From Octopus bimaculoides (lineage: Eukaryota), in assembly GCF_001194135.2 (NCBI RefSeq), contig NC_068995.1, positions 11,613,504 through 11,655,072 of the forward strand: 41,569 bases of DNA. The letters are read 5' to 3'. The translations under genes and the position numbers were made by a program. Below the pieces are notes generated by a model. That model worked only from the letters and a program-made list of their open reading frames with translations, ran no database searches and was not told where the DNA came from. Below, in pieces: positions 35,257 to 41,569 of this stretch. Position 1 is the first letter of the stretch. Every line of letters begins with the position of its first letter.

Positions 35257-37106
35257 GTGAGTTCAAATTCATACATTCATACATAAGTGCCTCTTAGAGT
35301 GGAATACGTTCTACATGGTTGGCGTCTTCTTTGTTCCTGATAGGAAGGACAATTCTTCAAGTGTTTTCATTTCTTCTTCTTCTCCTTCTAGCGTCTTATT
35401 ACAATATCACAGTAAATAAAAACAAAAGTAAATCCATATATATATATATATATATACACATACATACTCATATATATATCCATATCTATTTATATCTATC
35501 TAATGAGAGAGTGAGAGAAAGAGAAGAGAAACAGAAAAACAGAGAAACAGACCAAGAGAGAGAGAGAGAGATTGAACGAATGGAGAAACACCACCATTGT
35601 TGCCATCGGGTCTCTTGGATGAGAATGTTAACCATTATTGACTGAATATTATTAACCAGCATTATCGATTAACAGCGATTTCCTATTAATGCCGCTATAA
35701 CATTCGCTTGGATTTTGATCAGTGTTATAAAATAAAATTCTCAATCACAATTTCAGAGTTTACAACAGACAGAAGCCGCGAGAAACCAATGGATTCTAAT
35801 TATCATAGGTGGAACTCTTTGTTCAAAGAAAGAAGAAAAGCAAGCAAGCAAGCAAGAAAGAAAGAAAGAAAAAACGAAATAAATAAATAAATAAATGAGA
35901 GTCAAACCTTACTACAGTAATAGCCAAAGTATTGTTAAATGATGTAACGTGTCTCACCGTGATTTATTCTATCGTTATTTAAGTATCAATAATTCTAACT
36001 TTAATTGGTAATTAATTAGTCTGTTTATATCCTTTCTGTAATTGAGAAATGCTTGGCCAGAAATAGGTTACAAATATAGCGCAGAATGGAATTATTGAAG
36101 CACTGTTTCTAATAAATTCACTGCGGTAAATACACCTTCACACAAATCTATACTATCTCCCTTTGTCACTGTTGCGCTCTTTCCTTGTCTCTCTTCCTCT
36201 GTCTGTCTCTCTCTATCACTCTCTCTCTCTCTATCTCTCTCTTTCTCTCTCACTCTCTCTCTCTCTCTCTCTTTCTCATTCTCTCTATCTCTTACACATA
36301 CATGCGCGAGTGGACACGCACGGACACACAAACGTAGAAGTGCATGCATGTACAGTGTCATGTATAACACGTAATGTAATTTTAAATGCAAGGGTAGTGC
36401 TACAAATGATGTACATTGTACATCCATACATGGATGCATGCACCCTCAAGCTTATTTACACATATACTCGCTTACATGTCCCTGTGTGTGTGTGTGTGTG
36501 TATGTACATATGTGTGGGCACGTGTGTTGGTGTATGCATATATATATNNNNNNNNNNNNNNNNNNNNNNNNNNNNNNNNNNNNNNNNNNNNNNNNNNNNN
36601 NNNNNNNNNNNNNNNNNNNNNNNNNNNNNNNNNNNNNNNNNNNNNNNNNNNNNNNNNNNNNNNNNNNNNNNNNNNNNNNNNNNNNNNNNNNNNNNNNNNN
36701 NNNNNNNNNNNNNNNNNNNNNNNNNNNNNNNNNNNNNNNNNNNNNNNNNNNNNNNNNNNNNNNNNNNNNNNNNNNNNNNNNNNNNNNNNNNNNNNNNNNN
36801 NNNNNNNNNNNNNNNNNNNNNNNNNNNNNNNNNNNNNNNNNNNNNNNNNNNNNNNNNNNNNNNNNNNNNNNNNNNNNNNNNNNNNNNNNNNNNNNNNNNN
36901 NNNNNNNNNNNNNNNNNNNNNNNNNNNNNNNNNNNNNNNNNNNNNNNNNNNNNNNNNNNNNNNNNNNNNNNNNNNNNNNNNNNNNNNNNNNNNNNNNNNN
37001 NNNNNNNNNNNNNNNNNNNNNNNNNNNNTATATATGCATACACACTCACACGGGTATATGAGTTAATGGCCAGTTTTGCTCATGCACGTGTGTATGTATT
37101 TGTGTG

Positions 37107-37154
<48 letters not shown>

Positions 37155-38194
37155 CGCGCGCCCGTCTATGAGGCATTCCTTCACATAGACTGCTACATAC
37201 GTATACAAACGCCGCGTACACATCTACCGTTGGCAACATGAAGAGTGACAAACTGCGCGTTTATAAGTGGATGGAATAGATACCGCTTAAGTGGATCAAT
37301 AAACCACGAAGCTTGCTATAAATCAGTATCGTGTACAATTCCAACAAAATTCTTCTATATTCTTAGATATAAGACATAAAAAGATAATAAATGAAGGCGT
37401 TTAGATCTAATAAAAATAGTACACCGAAAATTGCACTCACTTTTCTAATGAGCGAATGAATTTTGAGATTGTGTTCTATCTGAGTTAAATAGCCAACATA
37501 TACGGTGGTTATCCATGCTGCACACATATCTAGATATATTATATAAGAGATCATAAAAGAGACCTTATTCAATTGAGTTTAAATATAAACCGTTTGATTT
37601 GATTAACTGGAGCATATTTGGAATGTTCCAGTTTAAAAATACGTTTATTGATTTTGTTGTTGTCGTCATCGATGTAGTTACTACCGTTCTTAGTGTTGTA
37701 GTATTTAACTGTTGTTGTTGTTGCTGTAATTGTTGTTGCTTTTGTTGCTGTTGTTATTTCTAATCTACTTTGATATTGAAGAACCATTAACAATAGTTCG
37801 TTCAACAATTGGCTACTACCGTCTTGTTTCTCTGTCGGCCAGTAATCGATGCCAAATTGTAATACCCTTGAGGGTTAAAACGAAAAGCGAGTTTTAGAAA
37901 TGAATTAATAAAAGTTTGCCTTTAAATAGCAAGTTTATTATTAGAGATATATTTGTAACATTTTTAATCAAACAACAAATTTATTTGGGAAGCGGGAGGT
38001 AGGAAAATGGACGATATATTTTCCCTATTTAGTTGCTCTCGAATGCTATGCAAGTTTATCAGCTTGGAAAATTGACTTCCACGTACACCTAGGCAGCATA
38101 TACTACATTTCATAAGCATGTTTCATGCAAGGACCTCTGCGCAACCGTTCTGTGTACTAGAAATAGCAGTAATGTGGCATTCAAATTACATCTT

Positions 38195-39425
38195 GCCGTT
38201 TAAAATAAACATTATTTGGAAGTAATGCCGGATGAGCTGTGCCTGAAAAAATAAAATCGAAACAATAAAAATAATTTTTTTTTCTTAACTGGAATGCTTT
38301 TAAGCGTAAGCTCGCGTGATCAGCTCTGGCCTAGGGCTAAACAATAACTATAAGGAAAATAGTAACTGTAGCAACAAAAATAATATTACATTTTAAAAGG
38401 GGGATTAACAGGAATCGGTCTTGGATGATCTGTGTTTGGAAAAAATAAAAAATAAAAATAAACAAGCAACAACGTGATGGTTTTTCGTCTGGAATGCTTT
38501 TAAGTGAAAGCTTACTCATCAGCGCTTGCCCGGGGCTCACTGACAACAACAACAACAACAACTGCAACAGCAGTAACAACAATAGTGTGAACAAAAGTAT
38601 GACGTTTTAAAAAGGGATTTATTGGAATTGGTCCTGGATGGACTGTACTTGGAAAGAAAAATGCCGGGATTGTTGAGAGAGAACTTTTTTCATGTGTAAG
38701 CCTACTCGATAAACATTTGGCCTAGGGCTAAACAATACTAACAGCCACAACAGCAATGACAGACCTAGATGGATTCCGCCAGGAATTAAAAAATGATACA
38801 ACACAAAAAAAAAGAACAAGAATGACTAGATGGCTTCGACTAGGTTTCTTGCTTGATTAGTGCCCTCCTGGGGCTAAACAACAAGAACTACAGTATCGAA
38901 GACGGTACTGAGTTTTAAAAAAGGAGATTATTTGGAAGTGGCCCTGGATGGACTCTGCCTGAAATGAAGAAAAAGAAAGCTATGATGTCCGGTTTTAACC
39001 AGAATGCTTTCTCGAACAGTGATGTTCTAGGGCCAGACAACAACAACAACCACAACATCAACAATAACAACAACAGCAGTTTTGACAGCAGAACTGAGTT
39101 TTAAAAGGAGATTATTTAGAAGTGGTCGTGGATGGAATCTGCATTAGAAAATAAAAAAAAAAGATGAGATGGTTTTAACTAGAATGATTTCTCAGTCATC
39201 ACTGGCCTGCGGTTAAAGAACAACAACAACAACAACGACGCCTATTACATAAACGAAGGTACTCAGTCTTAAATAGGGATTATTTGGAAGTGGTCTTGGA
39301 TGAAGGAAAAAGGGGAAAAAAGGAACAATGAGGAAATGGTTTTTAACTAGAATGCTTTCTCGATCATCGCTGGCCTGAGATCGAACACAACAATAACAGC
39401 CCCAGCATCAACAACAGCACTACGT
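38195..39425. repeat. Degenerate tandem array of about 7 units (mostly 170-215 bp) with two conserved blocks and two variable spacers per unit
   Basis: Block A (ttttaaaaggrgattatttggaagtggtcytggatgg) anchors at about 38211, 38404, 38617, 38768 (truncated), 38927, 39111 and 39279. Block B (ttttaactrgaatgcttt...ggcctagggctaaaca) is at about 38292, 38492, 38680, 38840, 39002, 39182 and 39350. Confidence 0.92.
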
Positions 39426-39464
39426 CTCTCTAAAGATGATATCAGGATATTATACATTGGATAG

Positions 39465-39650
39465 CACACCCCTGATCAACGGAATAGCCTGCTCGTCAAA
39501 TTAACGTGCAAGTAGTTGCGCATTCCACAGGAACGCCTACACTGAGCGAAGTTCTCAGGGAGAATCAGCGTGAAACAGAATGTGATGAGGCCGGCCCTTT
39601 GAATTACAGGAACGTCTCAATTTTGCCAGCTGAGTAGACAGGAGCAACAT
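39465..39650 (-). mobile_element. SINE family C 3' half
   Basis: gatcaacggaatagcctgctcgtcaaattaacgtgcaag...ttctcagggagaatcagcgtga...ggccctttgaattacagg...ttttgccagctgagt. Confidence 0.85.
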
Positions 39651-39939
39651 TGTTGTAGGGATAACAGTAATAATGGTACACCCCCTTCCATGTGACAAGT
39701 GGTCTGTGCTAGTCGTTATAAATAAGGTGACGTCGATCAGTATAACGAGAGAGTACGCAGCATTTACGTATATATATGTATATATATATGTATATATATA
39801 NNNNNNNNNNNNNNNNNNNNNNNNNNNNNNNNNNNNNNNNNNNNNNNNNNNNNNNNNNNNNNNNNNNNNATATATATATATATATATATATACCAGATCT
39901 TAGCGCTTGTACTTTTACTGAGACCTAACACTTGAAAAT

Positions 39940-40110
39940 TTATCTTTGTATGTGTACATCCCTATAACTTAGAAGTTCGCCAAAAGACACCGATAGAATA
40001 AGTAGCATGTTTAAAAAAGAAAACAATAAATACTGGGGTCTATTTGCTCGACTTAAAACTTCAAAGACTTACCCCAGCATGGCCACAGTCCAGTGACTGA
40101 AGCAAATAGG
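39940..40110 (+). mobile_element. SINE family A 3' portion
   Basis: ttcgccaaaagacaccgatagaataagta...ccccagcatggccacagtccagtgactgaagcaa. Confidence 0.82.
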
Positions 40111-41569
40111 TGAAACATACAGATTAGCCACTGCTCAACCCTATTAGACAGCAACCTAACTATCCTAGCGTATTTAAGTCTTTGATCGTTTTTAATCTCG
40201 TGTTAGTTGCTGCATAAGAGCAAGTTGATTTACAACTGTATGATGGGCACAGCTAATAAGAACAAGAATCTCCGTCACGTAGACTAATTTTACTTTCCTT
40301 TGTGACCAACTATACGAGTTTCATAAATCCAAAGTTAATGGAAACATTCACTAACGTCCCTCACCAACGTGCTCTTTACTCTCGAAAAATTTATGGAAAA
40401 TAGTGTTATTACCATCGACATGTCTGGTATGCAAATTTGGCAAAACTGCCAACCACTCATAACATAATTGATTCTCTGTTAAAATGTATTTTACTTTGTC
40501 AATTAATAACATTTAAATGTCTGAAATATTTCGATTTAATTTGATTTAGTTAACAATGTTATAGCTAAGTGTCTCAAATATTATAATTTTACGAACATCT
40601 CTTGTGCTGAGAATAGATCTACAACGTGTATATCTAAAGTATGTTGCCATCACCCGCAGCAATGTCAACGTTGGCTTCCATTCCGATGATGTCATATTAT
40701 TTTACACAGACATTCCACCCGTAAGTATCATGCATATAAATGCACCCCATCCGTTGTTTGGATTTGAATTAAAGTCATTATTTCTAAGCTTGGTAGCTCC
40801 TAGTAGCTCACGACAAACCAGTATGGATACCATGAACAGAGACTATTAAAACATTTTTCAATGCCGCTCTAGGTTTATTGTCTTTAAAAGGATTCTAAAC
40901 AGAAAGAAAGGATCAGCGATTAAAGTGTACAAGGAGAAATTGAAAGAAAAGGGAATAAGATCCGCACTGGCCAATGTACGAAAATGAAGAAAGTCGAGCA
41001 GAACAAGGTAAAATATACAAAACATGAGTATAACAACAACAAACGAATTTTTTAAAAGTACAAAATAAAGCCCAAAGTAGAATGTTCTATAAGTTAATAC
41101 GGAAAAATAGGTGGGAGCAGGAATGGAGAAGAGGATGACAAAAAAAAAAGATATAAAAACCATCTTATCAGCACTCAGCTAAGCTTGATGTAGTTTCGAA
41201 CATTCTTCTGAGGTGTTCTTTGTAATTTCAACAGTGTATTTCGCTACGGTTGGAAGGAATCAGGGACCAACGGTAGCAAATAGCGTGATATAAATCAAAA
41301 CAATGGAAATGTTAGTATTCCAGTATGTAAATATATTAATATATACGAGAGAGAGCGCGCGCGCGCGCGTGTGTGTGCATGAAGACTTCTAAGGGTGTGA
41401 ATATGTGTGTGTGGTGTTTGGTAGGTTAATGTGTTGGTGAATAAGGATGTGGGTAAAAAGTACATTTGCATATGTGTGAATATATGTATACTTTTATGTA
41501 TGTATATATATGTGTGTATATGTATGTATGTATATGTATATATATGAGTATATATATATATATATATAT

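Noticed and set aside
38221-38250. Plus-strand GGATGA...CTGA as a C/D-box snoRNA, or CGGATGA...GAAA as a hammerhead
   Set aside because: The boxes are too close together, they are not conserved across units, and there are no supporting stems.
38195-39425. CRISPR-like appearance of the array
   Set aside because: The repeats are long and degenerate, the spacers are low-complexity, there are no cas genes, and the context is eukaryotic.
40858-41163. 101-aa hydrophobic minus-strand ORF resembling a membrane protein
   Set aside because: Phe/Leu/Ile richness is the expected translation of the complement of an A-rich tract; no motif or splice support.

Overview
AT-rich, repeat-dense eukaryotic DNA with 12 N-gaps, nearly all bordered by microsatellites. 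The SINE consensus sequences and microsatellite load look most like a cephalopod (Octopus) genome; this is recognition from memory, not a database result. No complete gene is demonstrable, and the ORF track is almost entirely microsatellite, gap or low-complexity artefact. Supportable content: three tRNA-derived SINE families (about 20 copies or fragments); decayed retroelements (an R4/Dong-like LINE, the 3' end of an RTE/BovB-like LINE, and a Penelope-like terminus carrying a minimal hammerhead ribozyme motif); DNA transposon relics (a DD37D maT element with TIRs, two DD34D mariner fragments, a mariner-type MITE, hAT-type MITE ends); and a few low-confidence plus-strand exon candidates. Structure not explained by these features: (1) an inverted pair of 141-bp elements 2.7 kb apart with a 71-bp perfectly identical, hairpin-forming core and diverged flanks, enclosing an inverted SINE pair and a candidate 32-nt exon; (2) a 7-unit array at 38195-39425 of two conserved blocks alternating with variable spacers, one block carrying scattered hammerhead-core pieces; (3) a perfect consensus NurRE (NR4A/HR38 dimer site) plus a third AGGTCA half-site; (4) a roughly 520-bp foldback palindrome.
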